Positions 16,777-27,050 of a stretch of 64,000 nt of DNA are shown here, piece after piece. The first letter of the stretch is position 1. Every line of letters begins with the position of its first letter. The notes under the pieces were generated by a model, which made no database searches, was not told the origin of the DNA, and saw nothing but the letters and a program-made list of their open reading frames with translations. The DNA comes from Lachnospiraceae bacterium (GTDB lineage: Bacteria; Bacillota; Clostridia; Lachnospirales; Lachnospiraceae): positions 64,657-128,656 of the forward strand of contig JAILNS010000031.1 in assembly GCA_024691305.1 (NCBI GenBank). Reading direction: 5' to 3'. A program made the translations under genes and the position numbers.

Positions 16777-16785
16777 TGTTATAAT
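16777..16785 (+). promoter_or_regulatory. Extended -10 promoter element (TGtTATAAT) ahead of the YbjN-like/AAA+ gene pair
   Basis: Perfect TATAAT at 16780-16785 with an upstream TG, 38 nt before the ATG at 16824. SD AAAGGAGAAGG lies in between. Confidence 0.45.
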
Positions 16786-16823
16786 TGGGGATAGTATAAG
16801 TTTTTTCTGAAAGGAGAAGGTTA

Positions 16824-17240
16824 ATGAACAGTCAGGCTATGGAATTATTTATGGCATATCTTTCATCTAATGAGATCAATCCTGATGTAATAGATGAAGA
16901 AAGAGGTATCATCAGGGTAGGTTTCAGACTTAAGAATACTTCCGTTTCTTTGTTTATGTATTTCGAGGATGAGGATAAGTATGCTCATATCGAGGGCAGA
17001 AATTTTGTTAACATCCCTTCCAATCAGATAGATAAGATATTTAAGATATGTAATGATCTGAACGATTCATACAGATGGGTCAAGTTCGTGTGGGATCCAA
17101 ATGCGAATGATGTATGCTGCAGATGCGATGCAGTCGTTCAGCTTGACAGCTGCGCCGAAGAAATGTATGAACTTATGGCACGTATGTCTACTATCATCGA
17201 TGAGGCATATCCTGAGATAATGAAGGGACTATGGGGATAA
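16824..17240 (+). CDS. YbjN-like (type III secretion chaperone-like fold) small cytoplasmic protein
   Basis: 138 aa, acidic, no signal peptide. The pattern (…GIIRVGFRLKNTSVSLFMYFEDEDKYAHIEG…WVKFVWDPNANDVCCRCDAVV…) resembles YbjN-family proteins. Assignment is from memory of the family only. Confidence 0.5.
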   Translation: MNSQAMELFMAYLSSNEINPDVIDEERGIIRVGFRLKNTSVSLFMYFEDEDKYAHIEGRNFVNIPSNQIDKIFKICNDLNDSYRWVKFVWDPNANDVCCRCDAVVQLDSCAEEMYELMARMSTIIDEAYPEIMKGLWG

Positions 17241-17243
17241 ATA

Positions 17244-19436
17244 ATGAGCGGAATGTATGAATGTATATACGATCTGGCTAAATCTCTGTTTAAAAGCCTT
17301 CCGGACGATTATCCGGAAGGCCTTTTGTACGGTTTTATCAAACTAAATGAGATGGGACCGGATAAACGAAGTGATTTTTATAAGCGAAACAATATTTCAG
17401 ATACCGATCAGGTCGAAAAGGATATCCGGGAAGCCTATAAGATAATGACCGATCATAATATCGATCCGGAACTTCTAAAGAACGGTCTTCAGCTTGTTAT
17501 CATGAAGAGAAAAGCCGTACTTGATGAGGGATGCGAAAATGCGCTTATACAGAGTGAATTCGGGCAGAGCAATCTGACGGTTCCGATGATCGTGGAATAT
17601 GCACTGGGAGCTATACCCAAAGAAGAGGCCGAAGCATTTTCGGTCGGCAAAAAGATTCCTGACGTTGTGGCATTTACCAAAATGATCGAGCCCGGAAGCA
17701 ATCTTATATATAAGCAGGGTACGATCAAAGAAGATGATGATATAAACACGGCAGAACCCGGTCAGAATGATAGGCCCGGGGTAAAGACCGAGTTTTACTG
17801 TGATGTGCTGAATGATTATCTTGAGAGTCTGAAAAATGCAGTCCCCAGATTTAAAGAGGCCGGAAATAAGGACCTGTTATGGTCCAGAAGTCTGCTTGTT
17901 TCAATAGATGACGGATATGGATTCAGAACATTCGTCCGGGAGATCGCTAAGGTTTATTTTGCCGATAAGAATGTTGATGAAGAAGAATTGGACCGGTTTG
18001 CGACCGTATTTAAGGTAGATGAAAGAGATGACTCCAGGGAAGAGCGTTATGCAGACTGGGATACGCTGGTTGGCCTGTATGAAAAATTACACTCCGTAAG
18101 AAGGGAAGTTATTATTTTGGGCATCGATCTGACCAAATGGATGTCTGAGTTAAACACTCCGAAGATCAAAGAATATCTGATAAAACTAAGCAAACCGCAT
18201 AAGGATCTTCAATACGTTTTTAAAATCCCTTATATGGAACCCGGAATAGTAAGTGATACGGCTAAAGTATTAAACGATGTCATGTCTGTTAAAACACTTG
18301 TTGTTCCTCCTGCCGATAATTCACAACTGATAGATTATATGTTCAGGAAGGTCAAAGAGTACGGGTATTCATTCTCCGAAGATTGTTCGGATATCTTAGA
18401 GCAGGCGATAGTTGCTGAAAAAAATGACGGATACTTCTACGGTTTTAATACTCTTTCCAAGATGGTTGAGTCTGTTATATATGAAAAAATCAGCAACACA
18501 TCCATCGATCTTGACAGTAAGGAGATAAAGGCCGAAGAACTGAAAGGTTATATAGATTTAGGCGGGGCAGATAAGACTTCAGATGAACTGATCGCGGGTA
18601 TGGTCGGTGTAGAACCTGTGATAGAGAAGATAAATACCCTTATCCATCAGATCGAGGTACAAAAGGAAATGGCGGTACAGGGTAAGGATATCGAGCGACC
18701 TACCATACATATGGTCTTTAGCGGAAGCCCCGGAACGGGCAAGACAACGATAGCCAGGATCATTGCCAAGAAGATGAAAGAGACCGGAATACTCAGCAAG
18801 GGTAACTTCTACGAGATAAAAGGCAGGGATCTGTGCGGCCGCTATATAGGAGAGACTACCCCCAAAACCTGCGGATACTGCAGGGCTGCTTACGGGTCGG
18901 TGCTGTTTATAGACGAAGCATATGAATTATACAGATCCGGAGAGGATTCCAAAGATTACGGAAGAGAAGCCATAACGGCTCTTATAGCGGAGATGGAGAA
19001 CCACAGGGATGATCTGTGCGTCATCATGGCCGGATATACGGATGAGATGAATGCGATGCTTGAATCAAATCCGGGATTAAAGAGCAGGGTTCGTACGACG
19101 ATCGAATTCCCTAATTATTCACGAAGCGAACTTGAAGGCATCTTCTATAATATGATAGGAGAGGACTTCAGTTATGACAGCAAGTTCAAGGAAAAAGTTC
19201 ATGAATATTTTGAAGGGCTTTCCGATGAGATCATAGAATCAAAGACCTTTGCAAACGGAAGATTCGTCCGTAATCTCTATGAAAATACCTGGGGTATCGC
19301 AGCTCTTAGAAACGAGTTTGATGACCAGGGCCGCATTAAACTTACGGCTATGGACTTTACCCAGGCGACCGAAAAAACAGATGCCAGGGGAACTGAAGAG
19401 TTTAAGAGAAGACCTATGGGATTCGGAGCATTTTGA
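17244..19436 (+). CDS. 730-aa AAA+ ATPase of the CbxX/CfxQ-SpoVK type with a large N-terminal extension
   Basis: Walker A GSPGTGKTT (18723-18749), Walker B VLFIDEAY, and MAGY…NPGLKSRV, characteristic of CbxX/SpoVK/EccA-type modules. The start lies 3 nt after the YbjN-like gene stop. Confidence 0.85.
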   Translation: MSGMYECIYDLAKSLFKSLPDDYPEGLLYGFIKLNEMGPDKRSDFYKRNNISDTDQVEKDIREAYKIMTDHNIDPELLKNGLQLVIMKRKAVLDEGCENALIQSEFGQSNLTVPMIVEYALGAIPKEEAEAFSVGKKIPDVVAFTKMIEPGSNLIYKQGTIKEDDDINTAEPGQNDRPGVKTEFYCDVLNDYLESLKNAVPRFKEAGNKDLLWSRSLLVSIDDGYGFRTFVREIAKVYFADKNVDEEELDRFATVFKVDERDDSREERYADWDTLVGLYEKLHSVRREVIILGIDLTKWMSELNTPKIKEYLIKLSKPHKDLQYVFKIPYMEPGIVSDTAKVLNDVMSVKTLVVPPADNSQLIDYMFRKVKEYGYSFSEDCSDILEQAIVAEKNDGYFYGFNTLSKMVESVIYEKISNTSIDLDSKEIKAEELKGYIDLGGADKTSDELIAGMVGVEPVIEKINTLIHQIEVQKEMAVQGKDIERPTIHMVFSGSPGTGKTTIARIIAKKMKETGILSKGNFYEIKGRDLCGRYIGETTPKTCGYCRAAYGSVLFIDEAYELYRSGEDSKDYGREAITALIAEMENHRDDLCVIMAGYTDEMNAMLESNPGLKSRVRTTIEFPNYSRSELEGIFYNMIGEDFSYDSKFKEKVHEYFEGLSDEIIESKTFANGRFVRNLYENTWGIAALRNEFDDQGRIKLTAMDFTQATEKTDARGTEEFKRRPMGFGAF

Positions 19437-19473
19437 TCTTATGAACAATTTTGATCTTATGAATAATTAGTTC

Positions 19474-19502
19474 TTGACATCCCATGAACTACATGATAGT
19501 TT
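19474..19502 (+). promoter_or_regulatory. Sigma-A type promoter of the infC-rpmI-rplT operon
   Basis: TTGACA (19474-19479), a 17-nt spacer, and extended -10 TGaTAGTTT (19494-19502). Confidence 0.55.
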
Positions 19503-19509
19503 ATGTAAG

Positions 19510-19653
19510 TACGCAATAGCGTTTGTTAACAAAGCAGAGTATCCGCTCTCACCCGTCGGTCATATGCATCGCACGGTGTCAACATATCAAACGGAGTATG
19601 ATCCGTGTGAGTTTTGACTTTGAAGTGGATAGGTATGCTATCCACTTTTTTTT
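19510..19653 (+). ncRNA. Ribosomal-protein L20 leader (infC operon 5' leader) ending in an intrinsic attenuator
   Basis: ~145-nt untranslated leader between the promoter and infC. It ends in a perfect hairpin GTGGATAG (19625-19632) / CTATCCAC (19638-19645) followed by T8 (19646-19653). Position and layout match the Firmicute L20-leader attenuation mechanism. Confidence 0.6.
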
Positions 19654-19668
19654 ACGGAGGGAACAACA

Positions 19669-20193
19669 ATTAACAACAATAACAATAATGACCTGTACAT
19701 AAACGGACAGATCAGGGACAAAGAAGTACGTGTTATCGGTGAGGAAGGAGAACAGCTCGGTATTATGGATATCGCTTCGGCTATGAGACTTGCGGAAGAA
19801 GCCGGAGTGGATCTTGTTAAGATCGCGCCCAATGCCAATCCTCCGGTATGCAGGATCGTTGATTACGGTAAGTTCAAATACGAACAGGTCCGTAAGGAGA
19901 AAGAAGCCAAGAAGAAACAGAAGGTCGTTGAGATCAAAGAGATCCGTCTTTCACCCAATATCGATACCAATGATCTTAATACCAAGACTCAGAATGCCCG
20001 CAAGTTTCTTGAAAAAGGCAACAGAGTAAAGGTGACACTCAGGTTCAGAGGTCGTGAGATGGCACATATGGCCCAGTCCAAACATATCCTGGATGATTTT
20101 GCCGAGGCGCTTGCCGATGTGGCGGTGATCGACAAAGAGCCCAAGGTTGAAGGAAGATCCATGACTATGTTCTTAGCCGAAAAGAAAAAGTGA
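19669..20193 (+). CDS. infC: Translation initiation factor IF-3, ATT start codon
   Basis: SD GGAGGG (19657-19662), then ATT at 19669. The frame reads INNNNNNDLYINGQIRDKEVRVIGEEGEQLGIM…, the conserved IF-3 N-terminus. The ORF track starts only at the internal ATG 19765. Confidence 0.9.
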   Translation: MNNNNNNDLYINGQIRDKEVRVIGEEGEQLGIMDIASAMRLAEEAGVDLVKIAPNANPPVCRIVDYGKFKYEQVRKEKEAKKKQKVVEIKEIRLSPNIDTNDLNTKTQNARKFLEKGNRVKVTLRFRGREMAHMAQSKHILDDFAEALADVAVIDKEPKVEGRSMTMFLAEKKK

Positions 20194-20220
20194 TCAATCG
20201 CAATATAGGAGGAAAAAGAA

Positions 20221-20418
20221 ATGCCCAAGATGAAAACAAGCAGAGCCGCAGCAAAGCGCTTTACCAAGACCGGCTCAGGTAAGCTTAAACGTAACAAAGC
20301 CTACAGACGTCATATTCTGACTAAGAAGACTACAAAGAACAAGAGACAGCTGCGTCATCCCGCTATGGCAGATGCAACCAATGTAAAGAATATGAAGAAG
20401 ATACTGCCCTACGCATAA
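20221..20418 (+). CDS. rpmI: 50S ribosomal protein L35
   Basis: [24 protein letters not shown]…; 65 aa, with SD GGAGGA upstream. Confidence 0.97.
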   Translation: MPKMKTSRAAAKRFTKTGSGKLKRNKAYRRHILTKKTTKNKRQLRHPAMADATNVKNMKKILPYA

Positions 20419-20460
20419 TCTGCGGGTTTAGGACATTCATCATTTGTAGGAGGAAATAAA

Positions 20461-20823
20461 ATGGCTAGAATCAAAGGCGGATTAAACGCCAAAAAGAAAC
20501 ATAACAGAGTGCTTAAACTCGCTAAGGGTTACAGAGGTGCTCGTTCAAAACAGTACAGAGTAGCTAAACAGTCAGTTATGAGAGCTCTTGCTACAGCATA
20601 TGCAGGACGTAAGGAGCGCAAGCGTCAGTTCAGACAGCTTTGGATCGCACGTATCAATGCAGCAGCAAGACTTAACGGTATCTCATACAGCAAGTTTATG
20701 TTTGGTTTAAAGAATGCAGGCGTAGATATGAACCGTAAGATGCTTGCAGAGATGGCAGTCAATGACGCAGAGGGATTTGCTTCTCTTGCAGAGATCGCTA
20801 AGGCTAACCAGACACCCGCATAA
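20461..20823 (+). CDS. rplT: 50S ribosomal protein L20
   Basis: [37 protein letters not shown]…; 120 aa. Confidence 0.97.
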   Translation: MARIKGGLNAKKKHNRVLKLAKGYRGARSKQYRVAKQSVMRALATAYAGRKERKRQFRQLWIARINAAARLNGISYSKFMFGLKNAGVDMNRKMLAEMAVNDAEGFASLAEIAKANQTPA

Positions 20824-20854
20824 ACAATAAATTAAGATCATATCGAAATTTTTG

Positions 20855-20888
20855 GAAACCGTCATTATATGGCGGTTTCTTTTTTTTG
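20855..20888 (+). terminator. Rho-independent terminator after rplT
   Basis: GAAACCG (20855-20861) / CGGTTTC (20873-20879) followed by a T run (20880-20887). Confidence 0.8.
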
Positions 20889-21008
20889 CTCCCGGGGTAT
20901 ATTTACTTGTGCGGTGGGTCGTGCCCGTGCTGACGCTGTATTCTCAGAGGGGTTATACTTGCCCATTTTACGTCATAAGATGTATCATATACTCCGGAGG
21001 AGACAGTC

Positions 21009-23219
21009 ATGACTAACTACGATGTAAAAGGTATGAGTTGCGCCGCTTGTCAGGCCAGGGTCGAAAAGGCGGTAAACGGTGTGGACGGAGTAACTTCCTG
21101 TGCGGTAAGTTTACTTACAAATTCAATGAGCGTTGAGGGTGATGTTTCACCCGATGTGATAATAAATGCGGTCAAGGCGGCAGGTTACAAGGCTAAGGTG
21201 AGTTCGGGAAAGATCAGTTTTGACGATGACACTTCACGTATCAGAAACCGCCTCATCATATCGGCTGCGGTGCTTTTGGTCCTTATGTATTTTTCCATGG
21301 GCGTAATGATGTTTGGCTGGCCCATGCCCCCTTTTATTCCGGATTCACATATTGCGGTTGGCATAATAGAGATGATACTGTCGGGTGCGATAATATTTAT
21401 AAACCGGATATTCTTTATCAGGGGATTCGGAGGTCTGATACACAAAAGCCCCAACATGGATACGCTCGTTTCTCTGGGCAGCGGGGTTTCCTATGTATGG
21501 AGTCTGTATGTTCTTATTTCAATGATAATCGCACACAATGCGGGAGATATGGATAAGGTCGTAAGACTTGGCATGAACCTGTATTTTGAATCCGCTGCGA
21601 TGATACTTGTCCTTATCACTATCGGTAAACTTCTTGAAGCCGTATCCAAGGGGCGTACCACGGATGCACTCAAAAGTTTGATGGCGCTTGCTCCCAAAAC
21701 GGCTAATGTTATACGTGACGGTGCAGAAGTTACCGTGCCTGTTGAAGAAGTCAAAGTCGGTGATGAATATGTTGTAAGAGCAGGGGATGCGATCCCGGTC
21801 GACGGAGTGATCGTTGAGGGAAACTGTGCCGTGGATGAATCAGCGCTGACGGGAGAATCGATCCCGGTTGATAAGACTTCGGGAGATACCATCAGTGCAG
21901 CAACCATAAGTAAATCGGGATATGTAAGATGCAGGGCAGAGAAGGTCGGTCAGGATACCACACTTTCACAGATAATCAAACTCGTATCGGATGCTGCTAC
22001 TACCAAGGCTCCGATAGCAAGAGTGGCAGATAAGGTTTCGGGCATCTTTGTTCCGACCGTAATAGGTATAGCGATAGTCACTTTTATCGTATGGATGCTT
22101 ATCGGCCGTGAATTTGCTTTTTCACTCGAAAGAGCGATATCGGTGCTGGTGATAAGCTGTCCCTGTGCACTCGGACTTGCAACCCCGGTGGCGATCATGG
22201 TGGCAAACGGAAGGGGAGCAAGGTGCGGGATACTCTTTAAGACTTCTGAAGCACTTGAAGTTACGGGGCGCACCAAAACAGTTGTCCTTGATAAGACCGG
22301 AACGATAACCCGCGGAGAACCCGCAGTGACAGATACGGTGCCCGCAGGTATGCACAGTAAAGAAGACCTTATGCGCCTTGCATATGTTCTTGAATCTCAC
22401 AGTGAGCACCCGTTGTCCCGTGCTATAACCGAGGCTTATGATTCCGATAAGATCCCTGATATAGATGATTTTGAAGTCTTAAGCGGGAGCGGGCTAAGAG
22501 GGGTATATGAAGGCCGTACGCTGACAGGCGGAAGCCTTAAATATATATCACAGGAAGTAAATGTACCGGAGGATATTAAGGGGCGAGCCGATGAACTGTC
22601 CGCACAGGGTAAGACACCGTTGCTTTTTGCGTACGATAACGAACTACTGGGTATGATAGCCGTAGCGGATATCGTAAAAGAGGATTCCGCGCAGGCGATC
22701 GCCGCACTTAATGATATGGGAATTCGCACAGTTATGTTAACCGGAGACAACGAACGGACCGCGCGTGCGATAGGAGAGAGTGTCGGCATAAAAGAGGTTG
22801 TTGCGGGCGTTATGCCCTCCGATAAAGCCGATATGGTAAAACGGTTTAAATCTTCGGGCCATACTGTTATGATAGGAGACGGAATAAATGATGCACCGGC
22901 GCTTACTGTGGCTGATGTCGGGATAGCCATCGGCGCAGGTACGGATGTTGCTATAGACGCTGCTGACGTGGTACTTGTTAAGAACAGCCTGATGGATGCG
23001 GTCACGGCGATAAGGTTAAGCAGGAAAACCCTGACCAATATTCACGAGAATCTGTTCTGGGCATTTATCTATAACTGCATAGGCATACCGCTTGCAGCAG
23101 GGTGTTTTATCCATCTGTTTGGATGGGAACTTACGCCTATGTTTGGTGCCGCAGCGATGAGCATGTCGAGTTTTTGCGTGGTCATGAACGCTCTTAGGTT
23201 AAACTGGGTCAGGTTATAA
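21009..23219 (+). CDS. copA: Copper-translocating P1B-type ATPase
   Basis: One N-terminal HMA domain (GMSCAACQARVE), CPC motif (SCPCALGLATP), DKTGTIT, GDGINDAPAL. Confidence 0.93.
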   Translation: MTNYDVKGMSCAACQARVEKAVNGVDGVTSCAVSLLTNSMSVEGDVSPDVIINAVKAAGYKAKVSSGKISFDDDTSRIRNRLIISAAVLLVLMYFSMGVMMFGWPMPPFIPDSHIAVGIIEMILSGAIIFINRIFFIRGFGGLIHKSPNMDTLVSLGSGVSYVWSLYVLISMIIAHNAGDMDKVVRLGMNLYFESAAMILVLITIGKLLEAVSKGRTTDALKSLMALAPKTANVIRDGAEVTVPVEEVKVGDEYVVRAGDAIPVDGVIVEGNCAVDESALTGESIPVDKTSGDTISAATISKSGYVRCRAEKVGQDTTLSQIIKLVSDAATTKAPIARVADKVSGIFVPTVIGIAIVTFIVWMLIGREFAFSLERAISVLVISCPCALGLATPVAIMVANGRGARCGILFKTSEALEVTGRTKTVVLDKTGTITRGEPAVTDTVPAGMHSKEDLMRLAYVLESHSEHPLSRAITEAYDSDKIPDIDDFEVLSGSGLRGVYEGRTLTGGSLKYISQEVNVPEDIKGRADELSAQGKTPLLFAYDNELLGMIAVADIVKEDSAQAIAALNDMGIRTVMLTGDNERTARAIGESVGIKEVVAGVMPSDKADMVKRFKSSGHTVMIGDGINDAPALTVADVGIAIGAGTDVAIDAADVVLVKNSLMDAVTAIRLSRKTLTNIHENLFWAFIYNCIGIPLAAGCFIHLFGWELTPMFGAAAMSMSSFCVVMNALRLNWVRL

Positions 23220-23247
23220 GTTTTGTATGAGATCATGGAGGTAAATT

Positions 23248-25146
23248 ATGCCGGGACCGGGACCCGGGCTGGGGCCGAGAGGCTTTCTGACCGATGAAGA
23301 AAAAAACAATCTTCCCAAGGTAGACGCTAAACTCATAAAGAGGATACTGTCATATCTTAAACCGTATTGGATCCAGTTCGTGTTTGTTTTTGCTGCGATC
23401 CTTTTATCCGCAGTCATAGGACTTCTGCCGTCCATAATCACGGGACGGATAGTGGATGAAGCGCTCATAAACAAGGACATGTCGCTTCTGATAAAACTCC
23501 TGTTTGCCGCTTTTGCCACACTCATAGCTTCCCAGGTCATAGGAGTTCTTGAATCTTATATCAATGCGTGGATCTCGCAGCGTATCATCTTTGATATGAA
23601 AAATCAGATGTATCATCATCTGCAGTACATGCCGCATTCTTTTTTTACCACAGAGAAACAGGGTGATATCATCACTCGAATGAACACCGATATAAGCGGC
23701 GTGAGTACCGTTATATCAAACACATTATCCAATGTGGTATCAAACGCAGCCACGGTCATAACCACGCTCGTTGCACTCTTTACGATGAGCTGGCAGCTTG
23801 CGATCGTGGGGATCCTTATCATTCCGCTTCTCATACTTCCAACCAAAAGAGTAGGCAAGAACCAGTGGAAGATAAGGACGGATTCGCAGGCCGAAAACGA
23901 CAGGATGAACCAGCTCATAAACGAAACCTTGAGTGTGAGCGGATCCATGCTCGTTAAGCTTTTTACAAGAGAAGAAAAAGAGTATGACAGGTTCGTTAAG
24001 GTAAACGAGAATGTTACGAAACTTAACTTAAAAGAACAGCGGAGCGGAAGCTGGTTTCGGGTCGTGATGGGCATGTTTACGCAGGTAGGTCCGCTCCTTA
24101 TATATTTTGCGGGCGGATATCTTATCATCACTAAGATGGATGAGTCGCTTACCGTAGGTACGATAACCGCGATGGTAGCCCTTATAAACAGGCTCTACAG
24201 GCCAGTTCAGCAGCTCCTTGACTTACAGGTGGACTTTACGAGATCGCTCGCACTCTTTACCAGGATATTCGGGTATTTTGATATGAAGAGCAATATCGTA
24301 AGCCCCGAAAACGGAGTAAGACCGGATGTTACCTGCAAGGACATAGTGTATGAACATGTTGCTTTTTCCTATGTTCCTGAGGTACCGATCCTCACCGATG
24401 TGAATTTTACGGTACCGGGCGGAAGGATGTATGCGGTCGTAGGCCCTTCGGGTTCGGGCAAGTCGACGGTCGTTAATCTTATTCCGAGGCTCTATGATGT
24501 ATGCGGCGGAAGAGTTCTTATAGGCGGGACGGATGTCAGGGATTTTGACCTTGCATATCTGAGATCCAATATCGGTGTCGTAACTCAGGAAACTTATCTT
24601 TTTAACGGAACGATACGTGATAACCTCCTGTATGCCAAAGATGATGCCACGGAAGATGAACTCATAGCTGCCTGCAAATCTGCGAGCATACATGACATGA
24701 TAATGGCACTTCCTAACGGATATGATACCGAGGTCGGAAACAGGGGACTTAAACTCTCCGGCGGAGAAAAGCAGAGGATATCGCTTGCAAGAGTGATCCT
24801 TAAGGATCCGAAGATACTGATCTTGGATGAAGCGACGAGTGCTCTTGATTCCATATCGGAGAATGCGATCCAGGATGCACTTGAAATGCTCATGGAAGGC
24901 AGGACGAGCATAGTCATCGCACACAGATTATCCACGATACTTAAGGCGGATGAAATACTTGTCGTAAAAGACGGTGTGATAGCCGAGCAGGGATCTCACG
25001 AAGATCTTCTTGCACTTGGCGGTATATATAAGGAACTGTATGAAACACAGTTTAGGCTGGTTCTTGATATGGAAGGAAACCAGGCACCCGACATAACCGA
25101 AACTGATTACTATGGAATCGTCGAAGAAGATTACCTTGGAAATTGA
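23248..25146 (+). CDS. ABC exporter, fused permease/ATP-binding protein (MsbA/type I exporter-like)
   Basis: Six-TM N-terminal half. Walker A GPSGSGKST, signature LSGGEKQR, Walker B ILILDEATS. Confidence 0.92.
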   Translation: MPGPGPGLGPRGFLTDEEKNNLPKVDAKLIKRILSYLKPYWIQFVFVFAAILLSAVIGLLPSIITGRIVDEALINKDMSLLIKLLFAAFATLIASQVIGVLESYINAWISQRIIFDMKNQMYHHLQYMPHSFFTTEKQGDIITRMNTDISGVSTVISNTLSNVVSNAATVITTLVALFTMSWQLAIVGILIIPLLILPTKRVGKNQWKIRTDSQAENDRMNQLINETLSVSGSMLVKLFTREEKEYDRFVKVNENVTKLNLKEQRSGSWFRVVMGMFTQVGPLLIYFAGGYLIITKMDESLTVGTITAMVALINRLYRPVQQLLDLQVDFTRSLALFTRIFGYFDMKSNIVSPENGVRPDVTCKDIVYEHVAFSYVPEVPILTDVNFTVPGGRMYAVVGPSGSGKSTVVNLIPRLYDVCGGRVLIGGTDVRDFDLAYLRSNIGVVTQETYLFNGTIRDNLLYAKDDATEDELIAACKSASIHDMIMALPNGYDTEVGNRGLKLSGGEKQRISLARVILKDPKILILDEATSALDSISENAIQDALEMLMEGRTSIVIAHRLSTILKADEILVVKDGVIAEQGSHEDLLALGGIYKELYETQFRLVLDMEGNQAPDITETDYYGIVEEDYLGN

Positions 25147-25155
25147 TATTATTGC

Positions 25156-25184
25156 TTGTTATCGGTATAGTTTTTTTATATAAT
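25156..25184 (+). promoter_or_regulatory. Candidate sigma-A promoter for the MCP gene
   Basis: TTGTTA (25156-25161), a 17-nt spacer, TATAAT (25179-25184). Confidence 0.45.
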
Positions 25185-25224
25185 AATTAGACAACTATTT
25201 ACTTGTCATTATGAGGTGGATTTA

Positions 25225-26985
25225 ATGAAAAAAAAGAAAACAATAAGTGTGAGATTTACCGTAGCAGGTCTGGGAGTGATGTTGCTTGCTCTTGTTATCA
25301 TCAGCATAACATATTTTTCTATCAAGCTTAACAAGACGGTACAGGAAGACGAAGAGTTATACTTCGAGACACTCTATGATGTGAGTCAGAATCTGCTAAA
25401 TGCAGACAGAGATTTCTATCAGTCCATGATGGGTGCAACTCAGTATTATGACCTGTTCTCAGCTCCGGAGGGTGATATTCCCGCAGAAGAGGTGGCAAAT
25501 GTAGCCCCGATTAAGCTTGATGATTATAACACAAATTATGAACAGGTTTTAGAAAGACTTGATGCTGCCATAGCAGTTGCCAGCACCAATGCCGATCTTT
25601 ATACCGGTACAACGCTTGACGGTGAGACTACGACATTTGAAAGCTACGCATCCGTATTTAAGGCAGAGATCGTTGCATGGCATAATTCATACAACGTGGA
25701 AGCATTGGACGGTGACTGGACCGCTTTCATCAATGACTTTGAAGAAACCCGTACGACTCTTTCTTCACTTTCCGATATTACTGAAAAGTGGGCAGTTGAA
25801 GAAAAAGACGCACGTATGAGCCAGATGAAAAAAGAAGTTATCAACTGCATCGTATGGTTCTTCATAATCGTCCTTTTCATAGCCGGATTCTATGTATTCG
25901 TTATCAGAAATATGCGACTCAGCATAAGCAGCATGCAGAAATCCATCCAGAATGTTGCTTCCGGTGATTTTGCAAATAAGATAGAGGCGGATAGTGCATT
26001 TACCGAGTTTAGAGATGTTGAGAGCAATATAGAAGATATGCGTGCAACATTACAGGATGCACTCGTACTGGTTACCCAGTGTGCCGATGATGTTGATCTT
26101 AAGGCTGAAAATACCAAGACAAGCATCGGAGATTCACAGGAGACCACAAGTAACATCACCGCAGCTTCCAACGATCTTGCACAGGGTGCCATGGTCATGG
26201 CAGAGGATGTACAGAATACATCGGGTATCACTGTTAACTTAGGTGAGAGCATCGACAGAGTTCAGGAAGCAGCGGATATAAACCTTAACAAAGTTAAGGA
26301 ACTTTATGATGAATCCGTTAAGATCCAGAAGCAGCTTGAACAGATCAGACTTGCCGATGAGGCTACCAACGAGAAGGCCGGATATGTGGCTGATTCCGTT
26401 GGAAAGACTGCTGACGTGGTTGAAGAGATCTCCAAGGCTGCAGAAGGCATCATCGCTATAGCAAGCCAGACCAATCTCCTTGCACTCAATGCTTCCATTG
26501 AGGCAGCAAGAGCCGGAGAAGCAGGTATGGGATTTGCGGTTGTTGCGGATAATATCAAGAGCCTTGCGGAAGAATCCAATGAGATGGCAGGCGAGATCAC
26601 CAACATGCTAAACACCATTACCCAGTATTCCGAAGAGAACAAGAGCCTGACAGCCAGCATCAAGGATGCGACCACATCAGAGTCTGCAGCACTTGAAGAT
26701 ATGACTGCCAAGTTTGATGATATGCTTAACAAACTCGATGAGATGCGTGACGGTAATGAGCAGATCGCAAGCCTTGTTGATGTGATGTCACAGGGCAAGG
26801 ATCAGATCGTTAACTCTGTTGAATCTCTTTCAAGTATATCCGAAGAGAACGCAGCATCCACACAGGAGACAAGCGCATCTATCGCTCAGCTTAATGCGAA
26901 TATGGAAAGCGTTGTTTCAGAGGCTCAGGCACTCGGAGAGATCGCATCACAGCTTAAGGCAAATGTATCCAAGTTCAGAGTATAA
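25225..26985 (+). CDS. Methyl-accepting chemotaxis protein
   Basis: Two TM helices bracket an extracytoplasmic sensor domain, followed by HAMP. The highly conserved signalling hairpin is [43 protein letters not shown] 25225 follows SD GAGGTGG; the ORF track's 25216 start is a GTG inside the SD. Confidence 0.92.
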   Translation: MKKKKTISVRFTVAGLGVMLLALVIISITYFSIKLNKTVQEDEELYFETLYDVSQNLLNADRDFYQSMMGATQYYDLFSAPEGDIPAEEVANVAPIKLDDYNTNYEQVLERLDAAIAVASTNADLYTGTTLDGETTTFESYASVFKAEIVAWHNSYNVEALDGDWTAFINDFEETRTTLSSLSDITEKWAVEEKDARMSQMKKEVINCIVWFFIIVLFIAGFYVFVIRNMRLSISSMQKSIQNVASGDFANKIEADSAFTEFRDVESNIEDMRATLQDALVLVTQCADDVDLKAENTKTSIGDSQETTSNITAASNDLAQGAMVMAEDVQNTSGITVNLGESIDRVQEAADINLNKVKELYDESVKIQKQLEQIRLADEATNEKAGYVADSVGKTADVVEEISKAAEGIIAIASQTNLLALNASIEAARAGEAGMGFAVVADNIKSLAEESNEMAGEITNMLNTITQYSEENKSLTASIKDATTSESAALEDMTAKFDDMLNKLDEMRDGNEQIASLVDVMSQGKDQIVNSVESLSSISEENAASTQETSASIAQLNANMESVVSEAQALGEIASQLKANVSKFRV

Positions 26986-27050
26986 GATATGGTTTAATAT
27001 TTGAGAGACGACGGTTCGGATACGTACGATCTCGATAAGATTTACAGATA

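Noticed and set aside
17244-19436. I considered calling the AAA+ ATPase the sporulation protein SpoVK.
   Set aside because: Only the C-terminal ~270 aa resemble SpoVK/CbxX modules. The protein is more than twice the usual SpoVK length. No sporulation genes are nearby, so I avoid the gene symbol.
19431-19466. An 18-bp tandem duplication TTTTGATCTTATGAA(C/T)AA spanning the stop codon of the AAA+ ATPase gene.
   Set aside because: It is real in the sequence, but the second copy is untranslated and lies upstream of the infC promoter with no evident structure. It is most simply a neutral slippage scar.
20889-21008. I considered a CsoR/CopY-type copper operator upstream of copA (GC-rich patch with CCCGGGGTAT and GAGGGGTTATAC).
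   Set aside because: There is no convincing inverted repeat of the CsoR (TACC…GGTA-like) or CopY (TACAnnTGTA) type. No regulator or copZ gene is adjacent. The similarity between the two G-rich segments is weak.
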